NCBI RefSeq assembly: GCF_964355755.1
Contig: NC_092670.1
Span: 36,506,388 to 36,570,387, forward strand
Length of the DNA stretch: 64,000 bases
Direction of reading: 5' to 3'
Source of the DNA: Antedon mediterranea
Lineage: Eukaryota; Animalia; Echinodermata
Shown: positions 1-12,792 of the stretch, in pieces
Numbering within the stretch: position 1 is the first letter of the stretch
Layout of the letters: each line of letters starts with the position of its first letter
The notes under the pieces: model-generated
Database searches by the model: none
The model's input: the letters and a program-made list of their open reading frames with translations, nothing else
Told to the model about the DNA's origin: nothing
Position numbers and translations under genes: made by a program

Positions 1-1351
1 ATCTTTATGAGGTGACGAGTTCCTGCACGCAATAAGGCGTAACACTGCACATCTTGTAACATTTTAAAATTATCGTCTGCTGTTACGGTAGCATGATGAT
101 TTATGTCTATATTCCCCTTTATAATGTCATCAACCTTAAACAAATTATAATGCAAGATATTTTACTGTAGTAAAACGCAGTCTGTAGACCGTTTTATGCC
201 TATGTAGTTGTCTCCACAACAGATGTTAACTGCATGCTTTTGTAAATTCAGATTCACTTATAGGCAACAATGGAACTAACATTGATCACTGTTAATGAAT
301 ACAAGGGCATCCTATCTTGAGAGAATGAGAAATTTAGCTATCCACATTTGCATGCATCATCCAGCCCGTAGCTAGGGAACATTCAAAGTTTCAGTCGAAC
401 CCCTTTCTTCCTGAAGTGTGACCGGCAATAAAAGTGATAATATGCTTTAGGTTAGCTTATGATGATTTTTTTCTTTTTTTGGTTAAAAATATACGATTTT
501 GTGGGGGAAAAAAAGCATTCCCAAGTAAATATCCTGGCAACTGGTTTGCATGCCATACCTATTCAATCTTGTCCACACCTGATTAAAATCATGTTGTGGA
601 GGTTTGTTCTGGAAAACCAGGATAACTTTAAATTCCTTCCCATCTCTCATCATCTCATCTTTATGAACAACATTCTCCTCTCCGACACTTGTTCTTTTAT
701 ATGTAGAGCATACATCATTTGAAGAAATGGTCATATATCTATAATGTCAAATAAATGTCACAGTTGGACCACCCTTACCATCTCTAAAATAGAATAGTAT
801 AGACAATCTAAAGTCTTCAAAATAGTCTTAGCATGGAAATTAAAAATCTGTAATTACTTTCTTTTAATATCAACAAACGTAATTATTAATATTTAGTAAT
901 ACAAAGTAATTATTATTTAGTCTGCGGAGTTCATTATTTTTATGAAAAATTTCCTTGAAATGATGGGTAATGGGTCCCTTGACAATCAGTACCCAGAGAA
1001 TAAGAAATATTAATAGTTCTCGGAAATAGATAACTAGTGATTTACTGTTTTTAAATATTTTATTTAGTGTGTGCTGGTCACAGGCTGAAAAACCCAGAGG
1101 GGCTTTCTTTCTTTTTTTTTCTTTTTTTTCAATTCAAATAGAAATGTATTCTTTAAAAAAAATTTAAAACAAAAAAAGTTTATTTTAAATCACTAGGAAG
1201 AAATATTTGTTTTGAGATAAAATATCATTCACCATATTAGGAATTATTAGATCATTGAAATCTAATATATATATATCATTTTAAATTAATATTTATAATG
1301 TTTGAAATATACAACTTATATTCGTCACATTTTAATCACAACTTAGGCTCA

Positions 1352-2683
1352 CATTCACTGTTAATCATCCCTCTACTGATCATGATCAAGCAAGTTATGT
1401 GACCTTTAAATGATCAAATAACAAGCTATGTCTCATCAAGCGGAACCTGTTAGATTAGCTAATTAATTCATAAATAGAATCAACCAATCGGCATTCACTG
1501 TTAATCATGCTTCTACTGATCATGATCAAGCAAGTTATGTGACCTTTAAATGATCAAATAACAAGCTATGTCTCATCAAGCGGAACCTGTTAGATTAGCT
1601 AATTAATTCATAAATAGAATCAACCAATCGGCATTCACTGTTAATCATCCCTCTACTGATCATGATCAAGCAAGTTATGTGACCTTTAAATGATCAAATA
1701 ACAATCTATGTCTGATCAAGCGGAACCTGTTAGATTAGCTAATAATTCATAAATAGAATCAACCAATCGGCATTCACTGTTAATCATGCTTCTACTGATC
1801 ATGATCAAGCAAGTTATGTGACCTTTAAATGATCAAATAACATGCTCTGTGTGATCAAGCGGAACCTGTTAGATTAGCTAATTAATTCATAAATAGAATC
1901 AACCAATCAGCATTCACTGTTAATCATGCTTCTACTGATCATGATCAAGCAAGTTATGTGACCTTTAAATGATCAAATAACATGCTCTGTGTGATCAAGC
2001 GGAACCTGTTAGATTAGCTAATTAATTCATAAATAGAATCAACCAATCAGCATTCACTGTTAATCATGCTTCTACTGATCATGATCAAGCAAGTCATGTG
2101 ACCTTTAAATGATCAAATAACATGCTCTGTGTGATCAAGCGGAACCTGTTAGATTAGCTAATTAATTCATAAATAGAATCAACCAATCAGCATTCACTGT
2201 TAGTCATGCTTCTACTGATCATGATCAAGCAAGTCATGTGACCTTTAAATGATCAAATAACAAGCTATGTCTGATCAAGCGGAACCTGTTAGATTAGCTA
2301 ATTAATTATAAATAGAATCAACCAATCAGCATTCACTGTTAATCATGCTTCTACTGATCATGATCAAGCAAGTTATGTGACCTTTAAATGATCAAATAAC
2401 AAGCTATGTCTGATCAAGCGGAACCTGTTAGATTAGCTAATTAATTCATAAATAGAATCAACCAATCAGCATTCACTGTTAATCATGCTTCTACTGATCA
2501 TGATCAAGCAAGTCATGTGACCTTTAAATGATCAAATAACAATCTATGTCTGATCAAGCGGAACCTGTTAGATTAGCTAATAATTCATAAATAGAATCAA
2601 CCAATCAGCATTCACTGTTAATCATGCTTCTACTGATCATGATCAAATAATAACAAGCTATGTGTGATCCAGCGTAATTCATA
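1352..2683. repeat. Tandem satellite, 139-140-bp unit, about 9.5 copies
   Basis: Unit start cattcactgtt recurs at 1352, 1492, 1632, 1771, 1911, 2051, 2191, 2330, 2470, 2609; copies are near identical and rich in TGATCA palindromes. Confidence 0.97.
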
Positions 2684-3685
2684 AACACTGGAGACTAAAA
2701 GTAAAAAAAAACACATAAGTACATTAAATTGATTTAATTTTATTATATATTACCTTATTTGGTATGATTAGTACTTATTATTAGGGAGTTACTATTTTTA
2801 TGCAACGTCACAGCATAACATTTCTATATATTTTTAAAAATCTTTATCTCTATGTGGTGCTGCATATAACAGTATTACTATTATGTTAGGAGCTTATGGA
2901 ATATACCTCTTATTATTAAATTCAATTAAAGAAAATACTTTTAAAAATAATAGTATCGAAATATATAATATATATTATATTTATTTGTTTTATTTTGTTT
3001 TATGATTTATTTGTAATTTAATGAGTCTTTTTGGACCATCGGTCCATTTTTTAATGCGCTTCTGCCCTTACAGGGATCCAGGCCAACAATGGGATTTAAT
3101 CAGCCAACATGGATAATCTATATATTAACTCTTTTTTGGTACAAAAAAAATCCAATTATTTGATCAATTTCAGTTATTTTTGTTGGGTGGGGGATGTGTA
3201 AGAAAGGGTTAGGGGCTGGGTGTTAGGGAGGGGGAGGTATTATTTCTTTTAACTGGCTGAAGAAATACGCAGTACTTTTTTTATACGATGTTCCTAATCA
3301 AATTTCTTGTCGGAAACAACAGGTTGTTGTGATGTGTACCTATGCTGAACTGCATCGGTACTATATTACTACTTAATTAGGATAGTTTGACGTCATTCGT
3401 TAGGTTAAAGGTCAAATATAGTGTATGTAAATTAAATTTTCAAAGTAATAAAAAGTAATGATAAACTGTACATTATATATTAATTCGCTGCTGAAAATAT
3501 ATACATGCCAAAATAAATGTGAACATCTATATACATATATTAGAATTTTATATTATATTCATTAATAATTAGTTTTATCAACGTTACGGTATTATTTATT
3601 AATTAATTAATTCATTTCTTGTTATTTTATCTTACTGGGATATACAGTATACACGTATTCAAAAAACCTTTACCAATAAATACAG

Positions 3686-4133
3686 ACATGCGTATTACTC
3701 GCATGTATTTGCTTGAGAGTGAGCCTTACTATTGCTGGAGTTTCATTTATGCACACAAAAAATAAATAGCTGTTTTCTTAAATGGCGCTCGGTCATTACA
3801 CGCGTATCACACGCATGTATTTTTCGGGTAAAAATCCCGATTATTGCTCCCTAATGTTTAATTCGCACAAAAATAAATAAATGGTTCTCGTATGTCGCTC
3901 GTCAATACACGCGTATCACTCGCATGTATTTTTCGAGTAAAATTCCGGTTATTGCTGCCTAATTTTCACAAAATAAGTTATTGGTTCTCGTATGTCGCTC
4001 GGGCATTACACGCGTATCACTCGCATGTATTTTTCGAGTAAAATTCCGGTTATTGCTCATGCCTAATTTTCACAAAATAATTAATTCTTTCTCGTATGTC
4101 GCTCGGTCATTACACGCGTATCACTCACATGTC
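3686..4133. repeat. Degenerate tandem repeat, about 105-115-bp unit, about 4 copies
   Basis: Recurring tacacgcgtatcactcgcatgtatttttcgagtaaaa...ttattgct...cacaaaata...tctcgtatgtcgctcg. Confidence 0.85.
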
Positions 4134-5071
4134 TCAATTGTGAATGATTGGTAAAGGATTTTTGATTAGCGCTTTAAATTATTCATCTAGTTCGTTACAT
4201 CATTAATCTTTATCCTTGTAATAATTTTAATCTTTAATACTACATGCTACAAATGAATACAAATAAACAGTAAGTTATTTATAGGCCTATGTGTTAATAA
4301 GTTTAAACTAAAAAATGTACATCATACATTGCATATTAGTTTCTTCTCATGGCATTGAAACCAAATGTATTCAATATATTATATGTATAAAGTGAAGCTT
4401 ACTGATTATAATAATAATGGTGATTAATGTGTTTTTAAACTAAACAATCGTTTGTTAAATCAAGTACAGTTATTCATTATTGCAGCGGTCCTTCTCATGC
4501 GCATGCGCTAACGATGCTATGTACTTTTTCTCCGTGTGTTTAATCGATCAATTGCTATAATGTAAATAAAGATATAATATCGTATGGACACGATTTGTCA
4601 ACTATAACAAAAGCAAGACTTATTAACCTTTTTTACAATGGTCGTGTTTTTGTGTGCTTTTCAATTCCAGTCAATATCAATAAGCTTGTACGCGAGATCT
4701 CGGAACGTATGTGAACGATAGTTCAATCAACTTTACTCGTTGAAAAGATCTAAGCTTAGTTGCCAATTGGACGCACGTAGCGACCATAAAGCTTGGTTCC
4801 CACTACAGAGACGCAAAAACGTAGACACAATGCAAGAACGTAGACGCAATTGCTGCAAGAGAGTTTATCGATGACAAGCGACAGCTTGAATATTTCATCG
4901 CTTGTGATTGGTCAAATCACTTGCGTTTGGAACCAAGTTTGAGTACAACACGGTAACGGTGTGGGCCTAAGCGGAAACCGTAGAATGTGAATCTCTGCAG
5001 AGCGGAAACCACTCGCCCGTTCCCTCCGCGCTGTGTGTAAATATGGTCATAAGGAATAACATATATTCTAA

Positions 5072-5232
5072 AGCGTGGTTCCCACTAGCGACGCAACACA
5101 AGGACGTAACGCAACGCAAGTGAATTGACCAATCACAAGCGATGGCTAACTGTCTATAACTTCGCTCGTCATTGGTTAAAACGCCTGCGTTGCGTTTACG
5201 TCCTTGCGTTACGTTCTAGTGGGAACCAAGCT
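5072..5232. mobile_element. MITE family A, subtype A1 (PIF/Harbinger-like)
   Basis: TIRs agcgtggttcccactag / ctagtgggaaccaagct, TAA/TTA flanks, near-palindromic interior (ttgaccaatcacaagcga..tcgctcgtcattggttaa). A degenerate copy lies at about 4790-4940. Confidence 0.85.
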
Positions 5233-5288
5233 TTAAGGCCTATTACCGTTACCGTTCGTCGTATGTGTAAATTGGCCATGGTCACTAA

Positions 5289-5487
5289 AGCGTGGTTCCC
5301 ACTAGAACGCAATGCAGCGACGTATTGACGCAAAGTGATGTAATCACAAGTGGGATTCAACCGACGACGCAACAGTGCTGCAAAAACTGCAGGTTTGATT
5401 TCACGCAGGTGGGGGCAAACACAATTGGAAGAAAGTTTTCTTACGTTGCGTAGGTTGCGTTCGTTGCGTCCTAGTGGGAACCAAGCT
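5289..5487. mobile_element. MITE family A, subtype A2
   Basis: Same TIRs with a different interior (gcaggtttgatttcacgcagg..ggggcaaacacaatt); TAA/TTA flanks, embedded in 18-bp inverted arms. Confidence 0.85.
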
Positions 5488-8400
5488 TTAGTGACCATGG
5501 CCAATTTAAACAATAATTGTGATCCCAGAGAATGTCACGTCCATCAATATACTAACTCAAATTGTTAAATTGCATCAAAACAAACAAGAGACTGATTAAT
5601 GATAATGTAATTTTCTACTACAAGTACGTACATCTAATTATGTTGAATCAACAATCAGAAGTAGACCTGCCAGCACGTCATTGTAATATTACATACGGGT
5701 ACGATTTAAATAGTGACATCATATTAACCTGCGCCCGCTAATCGATCGTTTACGCGAGTATTGTCCACGATCAATACAACAACCAGTATGTAAACAAATC
5801 GTCCAAATTCAATTGGTAACCATTCTTGGCTTGAAAAAAAAAATCGCTGAGTATGCATTTACAACGAGCAGTGACAAAAAATGTGATGTGCCCATACATG
5901 ATGATGTCATACCACTAGTTTAAGCATATTACAGTACTACCATATTTGGGCACATTATATTTTTTTCAAACTAGTTTGATAGTGTAGACATTGCATTACT
6001 AGTAGATGTAGGTAGACTTGTCTGGGTTCCAGACAGAGGTTTGACCTAATAGTATGGACGTATAAACAATATTAAAAGATAAATATTTTGGCACATATTG
6101 CGTTTCATACGTATACTACTTAAGACAATACATACAGACTTGGGAAAGTCTAGGATGTAGACCTACTCTACATGCCTACAGACGAAATAAAAAATATATA
6201 TATATATTTTATCCGTATATTATTTATTCAGCAGAAAGCATGTTTTAAAGATCGATAAAATTAGAACAAGATGTCAAGTGGGAAAGTAGTATAATAAACC
6301 GGGTATGAATGTTCAACTGTATTATGCTTTTACGACGTGACAAATTATGAGCACGCAATAGGCCATGACACTACACATCTTGTATCTTGTAACAGTTTAA
6401 TATTATCGCCTGCAGTTATGACGTCACGGTAATTTATTACCTCATTTCGGCGCTACACGTTTCAAAATTTACCATATGACAAAAACATCACCGTTAACTT
6501 CAATATTTCTGTATGAATTTTGTTCTAATAATTTTCAAAATGGTAATATCGATAACAACAAAAAATGTGTGTTGTACTTTTCGGCAGACAATAAATCATA
6601 CAGTCGCGCGCCTTTATACAGTATTATGAAAGTGTTACGCGCGTTTTGACCGAACTTTCGTGAAATATATACTCTTCATTAATGATTCTCATGTTATTAC
6701 CGTGTTTTTTCCTGTTTGTGTCAAGTATGCATGAAAGTAGATGATTCAACGATATATCTAGAATCTATTTGGCGTAAGCGAATACTTTTCGTGTCATCCT
6801 TTCAATAGAGAGAAAATTGTAGAATTTCTATAGAAAATATTAACCTCTCTGGAAAAAGACCAAAGAATCTGTTTCCTTGCATCGGCAGCAGCAAGTGCCT
6901 TGCACATATTAGTTCAAGCGGTTTAAAAAACTAAACTAAAATCAGTCTACAAACAGCAAACTTTATGTGAGAAAAAAGTGTGATGTGCCCATATATGGAC
7001 ATGATGGGCACATCACACTTTTTTGTCACATAAAGTGTATGTAGACAGAGCTTTACATCGGATTGTTCTATCGTATTTACATGTGACGCGTGTACCTATT
7101 TCAAGCGGCATTGAAAAAGGCAATAAGTTACCGCGTGCGCGTATACAACATCGTACTCATCAACTATTGAACTCACACGCGCATTGAAGTTATCGTCGCA
7201 AACAAATTATAAACCTTGGTGAAACAAAGTGGAGATGCCATAGGCCTCAAACTCAGAAAAAAGAAATTGTGGTTGGGGCTTAGCACCCAAAATATGCCAA
7301 ATTCAATCGCAATTTATTAATATTTGCGATAAAGAAAAAAAACCACACTGAATCGATAACTATTTCTTTATTAATTTCAACATTCAAATTAGTATAAGTC
7401 TTAGTTTCTGTTTAACTTTGTGTAAACCAGAATTTCTGTGCATCAACATAAAAATCTCTCTCTCTCTCTCTCTCTCTCGACGGCGCGCGCATGACGTAGA
7501 ATCCAGTAATTTTCCCTCAACAGGCAGTAGAAGCAGTAGAACCACTTTAGTAATTATCTAACATACATATAAGATTCTATCCATTGATCTTTTTTGTTTT
7601 AACGGAGCTAGTTTCACCCGAGGGTGAACCATACCTGCCATTATACACACCTCAATATATCAGTAATGTGCCTTTTAAGTAAATAATTGATCACGCTTCG
7701 AGGTGTACAACGAAGTAAATAGGCTGTTTGTAAAATATTGAATATATTGCTACTTCATCTTCATCAAATTATCATTTTTGTGTGTATTATCTGCTTTAAG
7801 TAAAAACCTATAGTGAATAATTGTGTGTTGGAGGTTGCAAATACAAATACTCACCGGATTTGAGTAGTTTAGTTTCTAGACTGCATGTTTCGACATTTTA
7901 TTAGTAAGAGATAAATATTTTGGCTCATATGGCGTTTCATATTTACATACTTGCTCACATTTTTTCTCAGAGAAAAATTTAAACGCCTGGAAAAATATTA
8001 GAACAATAATTAAAACTGTTACGTCAAAAAGTCGAGCGGCGTTTTTTGTAAGAAAGAAATAAGAAATATTTCTTGTTTATTTTAATTTCAGTCACAGTTA
8101 CAGTATTCGGTCCTTTTCTTTTTTCCGTCTGAACTTAGTTCAGTTCATGTCAGCTGAATACAGTATCATACCTCTTTTTCAGAATCAACGTACGATCTTC
8201 GAGTAAGCCCACCTGAAGGCAAGCTTGAGTCTTCTAAGTTTAAACGATCGTTAAGCAAATTATAGGTTGTTTCCTATATGAATATTTATGATAAGTATAA
8301 ATAGTAGGCCTATACACAGCTTCTGGTGAAAGCTGACGTCATTAGTAATTTAGAATTGTCATTTTTGGCTTAGATACGGGTGATTTAACCTCAGATATCG

Positions 8401-8670
8401 GATTATGCTAACGATTTAACGACAGTTTAAAAATATCTCTACCAGCTGATTCTATTGCATCCTCTAGCATCGTTACGAGCGAGAAGATACGACGTGACGC
8501 GAGAGCCCTTTTTGGTTTCAATGATGTATATACTTCCCGTCGTTTTACACCAAATGGAATAATGCAATATGATGTACAAAATGTAAAGGGTCACAAACGA
8601 ATCAAAATTGTGATAGCGCGCTTCCGCGACTACGCGAATTTGGATAATTGTGGTTGTACAATTTCGGAGT

Positions 8671-8908
8671 TGGGTAGCCGAGTGGTTAGGACACTTGAAT
8701 GTCAAACAGAGAGACCGGGTTCACTTCACGACAACTCCCAGTTCACTCAGATGTAAATGTTGTGTACCTCATGGTTGAAAATACTAGAGAGAAAAAGGTA
8801 TTGTTGAAAGGAACTGGCCACCCTACCACATAATGCCGAGGCTTAGTACAATGAGCTCCCAACAGATCATTTCCCTACGTTCAGAATGAACACGGGACTC
8901 ACATTTAC
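8671..8908 (+). mobile_element. tRNA-derived SINE, degenerate
   Basis: A-box gtagccgagtggttagg, partial B-box gggttca, central gttcactcagatgtaaatg..tacc and ggaactggccaccctacc segments reminiscent of invertebrate SINE2 bodies. Confidence 0.6.
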
Positions 8909-9355
8909 GGGGTTGTACGATTACAATTATAGTTGTTGTGCACTCTAACTGGTCATGATGTCATTGGGTTAGCGGTAAGTCGGTCCTAAGTAAATTCAAC
9001 CTCCTACGGTGCCATACTGGGTGCCGTCGCGTACTGAATGAATGGCGTTGGTAAATTTAACGCGCGATGTTTGTTGAAAAGCATTAGTTAAATTACCGTT
9101 ATTTCCAGACGTCTTAAACCGTTTTAACCTTGTGTAGCCTATTAATAAGGATATTTGCAAGGCTCGCGAACGTCATAAGACTCAAGCTAATCATTCAGCC
9201 AGTAGGAATTTAAGGTTTAACAGCAGATTACAAATACATATATTTATATTTAAACTTCTACGTTTGTTTTCTCACTTTATAAATAGTTCTTGATCTACTA
9301 CGCTACATTAGTAGTATATTTAAAGAAACGTATGCGTATGCCATTAACATTACTC

Positions 9356-9510
9356 TGACGTCACGCCGTACCTAATCCAGAATCGTATTATTTATGTTTA
9401 GACGTTTCGCTTGTTATTTGTTTTGCTCTCTTTTATGAGATTTATGATAGTGAAATGACGTCACGGTGTCACGCTCGCGTAAACTTTGTATCTGTCTGCT
9501 ATTGACGTCA
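9356..9510. promoter_or_regulatory. Cluster of three perfect CRE palindromes 3.3 kb upstream of the TASK start codon
   Basis: TGACGTCA at 9356, 9456 and 9503; function unproven. Confidence 0.35.
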
Positions 9511-10607
9511 CTAATTAGTGTAACATACTGCTTGCAAATTAAACTTTTAGTGGTGGTAATAGTGTTTTACTAAAAATAAACATCTAAACAAAGCATTATC
9601 TATTTTTAGAACGTATTGTTGATATCGTCATAAAATATTTTTGTTTGTTGTAAATGTTGTACTACATAATTATTGTTTTAATGATTGTTGTGAGATTGTT
9701 GCCTCAGGGTATACTCACATTGTTTTATTTCGTACGTTTAGGCATTGTAACGTTTATTTACTTTTTCTATTATTGCATTATAGTTTTTGAGATTAAGTTT
9801 ATAGAGTTAGTTATTACAACTAGAGAGTTATCTAAGTCATGTCTTGGTCATTAATGTGTTTGAATAAGTGATATATCGGCCCGGCAAAATACAAATTCAG
9901 TATTTACAGATTGCACGAGCCAATCATAACGGTGGTATTTTCGATGTTAGAAATAGCCGAGTCGTTCAATCAGCATGGAAAGGAATGGCATTTATGCAGA
10001 AACGCGAAACCACGGTACTCTGGTCGTCGAAAGATCACCACTACTGTAGTAGAATCAAAACCACTTCAACAGAAGAAGAAACTAATCTTGTAACAATAAA
10101 AAATAAAAACATAAATGTTATCTTAATACAGTATTGAGAATCGGCACGTAAAACGTAAATCGACAAATGTACAAGGGGAATGGGCTTTCGTGGCCCAGGG
10201 CAACGGGTCTGTCGTGCAAAACGTACACGTAAGATATTTCCTCCTTTATCAATCATTAGAACTAATATTTCAGCAAATACATCATTGTTCTGGTTCTAGT
10301 ACGTTAAGTGTCCATAGAATTTTAATTACTCGGGTTTAGAATAGGCCTACTGAAATTTAATTTTTCCTTAGTACCAATATATATATATATATATATATAT
10401 CCATCCAAAGGCAAATTACTGAAAAAAATGACAATGCTGTGGGTATCAGTGGCTGGATCTCAATGGAGATACAAAAATAAAAAGCGAAAAGCTAAATCAA
10501 AACGATAAAGTAAACAGCCAGAAAAGTTAGCATATATATATATATATATATATATTTTTTAATTTAAAACGATAAAGATGAGGAAATCTGTGAGAATGAG
10601 AAAAAGT

Positions 10608-10679
10608 CGCCCCAACCGAGACTCGAACTCGGACCGCCTGCTTGATATGCAGATGTCCTAACCATTAGACCACTGGGGC
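10608..10679 (-). tRNA. Complete tRNA-like cloverleaf, anticodon ATC (Asp-like), probably element-borne rather than a housekeeping tRNA
   Basis: GCCCCAG TG GTCT AATGGTTA GGAC A TCTGC ATATCAA GCAGG CGGT CCGAG TTCGAGT CTCGG TTGGGGC G, then ACTTTTT. All four stems pair, A/B boxes are intact, and A32 is atypical. Confidence 0.65.
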
Positions 10680-10966
10680 TTTCATGGTATTGTTCGAACT
10701 CGATTGGATAACGACTCTTTAACATTCTCGGCGTGGTACGGCGGAACAGCACTAGTCCTCAGTTGTACGCACGCGCAACAGAGATCAAAATGATAAGTCC
10801 TCAATAAAATTTCAGTATATCACCGGGCGGTTTAGAATTAATGTTCTTTGCCTCTTGTGTTTATATATATAAAAGTATCTCTTCGGAGATCCCGCCTCGT
10901 GAATAAAAATTCTGAAAGATGAGGACGTATCAATTTGTCGTTATCCAATCGAGTTCGAACAATACC

Positions 10967-11024
10967 ATGGTTAGGACATCTGCATATCAAGCAGGCGGTC
11001 CGAGTTCGAGTCTCGGTTGGGGCG
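10967..11024 (+). pseudogene. 5'-deleted inverted copy of the same tRNA-like gene
   Basis: Identical from atggttaggacatctgc to ttggggcgacttttt; 20 nt are lost between two ATG microhomologies. Confidence 0.8.
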
Positions 11025-12792
11025 ACTTTTTCTCATTCTCACAGATTTCCTCATCTTTATCGTTTCAAAATAATTAATTAAATTTCAGTATATCACCGGG
11101 CGGTTTAGAATTAATGTTCTTTGCCTCTTCTTTGCAGCACTTGCCAGCTTTATACTATGACGTTATCCAAATTCCTTCACTTGCAGGGCTAGTATTGCCC
11201 GAAAGCTCTGCTAACTTTTCTGGCTGTTTAATTTATCGTTTTGATTTAGCTTTTCGCTTTTTATTTTTGTATCTCCATTGAGATCCAGCCACTGATACCC
11301 ACAGCATTGTCATTTTTTTCAGTAATTTGCCTTTGGATTTATATATATATATATATATATTTGATCTCTGGTGCGCGTGCAACTGAGGACTAGTGCTGTT
11401 CCGCCGTATATTGTTGGCGGAATTTTAATTGAAGAAACCATTTAATCGGTTTTATTGGGTTAAACTGTCTGACGTCATCAGTCAACTGTTTATGTGAAAT
11501 TGAAATTTTGGCAAATTGTATAAAATGTTGCAAAAATCTCTAATTCTGCAAAGGTTGGAATGAAGATAAATCATAGTTGTAAGGAGGCTTCAAACTTAGC
11601 TTTACAGAGACGGTTTGGCAAGAGCTTATAAGCCAAATGAATGACAAAGATTTCACAGATGGAATGTGCAGTGTGCTTTTTTTCTTTTGCAGTTTCTTCA
11701 TCTTTGTCGTTAATTTTACTTAGAAGATATAGACCGGAGAGGTTGTAAAAGAAGAAAAGTGAATTTTAGTCTGGAAATGATCAATCACGCATTAACTACT
11801 CTTTCATGTTTTATTATATTAGCTGAAATATTTTATATCCAAATGTAAGTGTACGATGCGTGTATTTTCATATTCATTTATTTTCTTCAAATATTATATT
11901 TTGCGTGTGTAATGGGTTAACATTCATTTTAAATGTTAGGCCTATGCTTGATTTCCATGCACGAATATCGCACGCGAGCAGACATTCTGTGAATGATCTT
12001 ATTTTCCTATATTTTAGGTTAAAATATTATCATATAATAGGCTAGTTTAGCTATTGAGATATATTTAGCAATCTTGTATAGATATGGTGTAGGATATCAT
12101 AATTGTTTAAATAGCAATTGACATTATTGCATAACTCATTTATTCAAAATAATTTAAATTTCCATTTTTTTTTTTCATTTACAATTGTAAATTTATTTAC
12201 GTCAATTGTCATCATTTTCTACATGCAATTAACTTGTTCTCAGTTCACCGCAAGGCATTGACAAATAATAGTTTCAACACCAATTGTGACCATTTAGGCC
12301 CAATCCCGAAGACGCCAACAAAAGGCATGTCTGCCTCCCTCGTATGGTTTCCTCGCGTGTTGATCAAACGAATTTGCTTTTGCAATTTAATAATAAGCTG
12401 CTTTATTGTGCGAAGTAACAATGCAATATCGAACATCTTGAATATAATACGTTTAGTGTAGATATACCGGTACTAGCAAAATGATGATTTTGTGCGATAA
12501 GCGACATCCGCATTATTTACACTACTTTTTAGGATTGCCGTATAATTGAGCTGATTTGCATAAGAAATACGCATGCGCTGTTGTTCGTTCGTCCTTTCTC
12601 TGCTTGGGCATTGTACGGCAGTCGTTCAGTTGCATAGTGATAATTGCTTCATATAGATCAGTGAATCGGATTTTCATAGATAAGGATTTTTATCATGATG
12701 GATATGTTACCCCGGTTTGACCAATCCAATGGAAAATAGTATACGTGTTTAGCTAGAGTGTTCAACATGCTGCTGGTGGGCAGACCAGAAAA

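Larger units (their letters stand above)
10378..11408. mobile_element. Composite inverted-repeat element in (TA)n tracts, Penelope-like pLTR architecture
   Basis: Inverted pairs 10403-10532/11209-11338, 10567-10715/10937-11066 and 10738-10790/11361-11408; direct repeat 10807-10856/11081-11129; (TA)n at about 10378, 10532, 10862, 11340; hammerhead-like gggc-tagtatt-gccc-GAAAGCTC at 11186-11208. Confidence 0.7.

Noticed and set aside
3184-3237. Telomere-like ttaggg units
   Set aside because: Only two non-tandem copies within a G-rich patch.
5125-5568. ORFs sharing KAWFPLERNA (also 19893, 23693, 36751)
   Set aside because: Translations of MITE family A terminal repeats.
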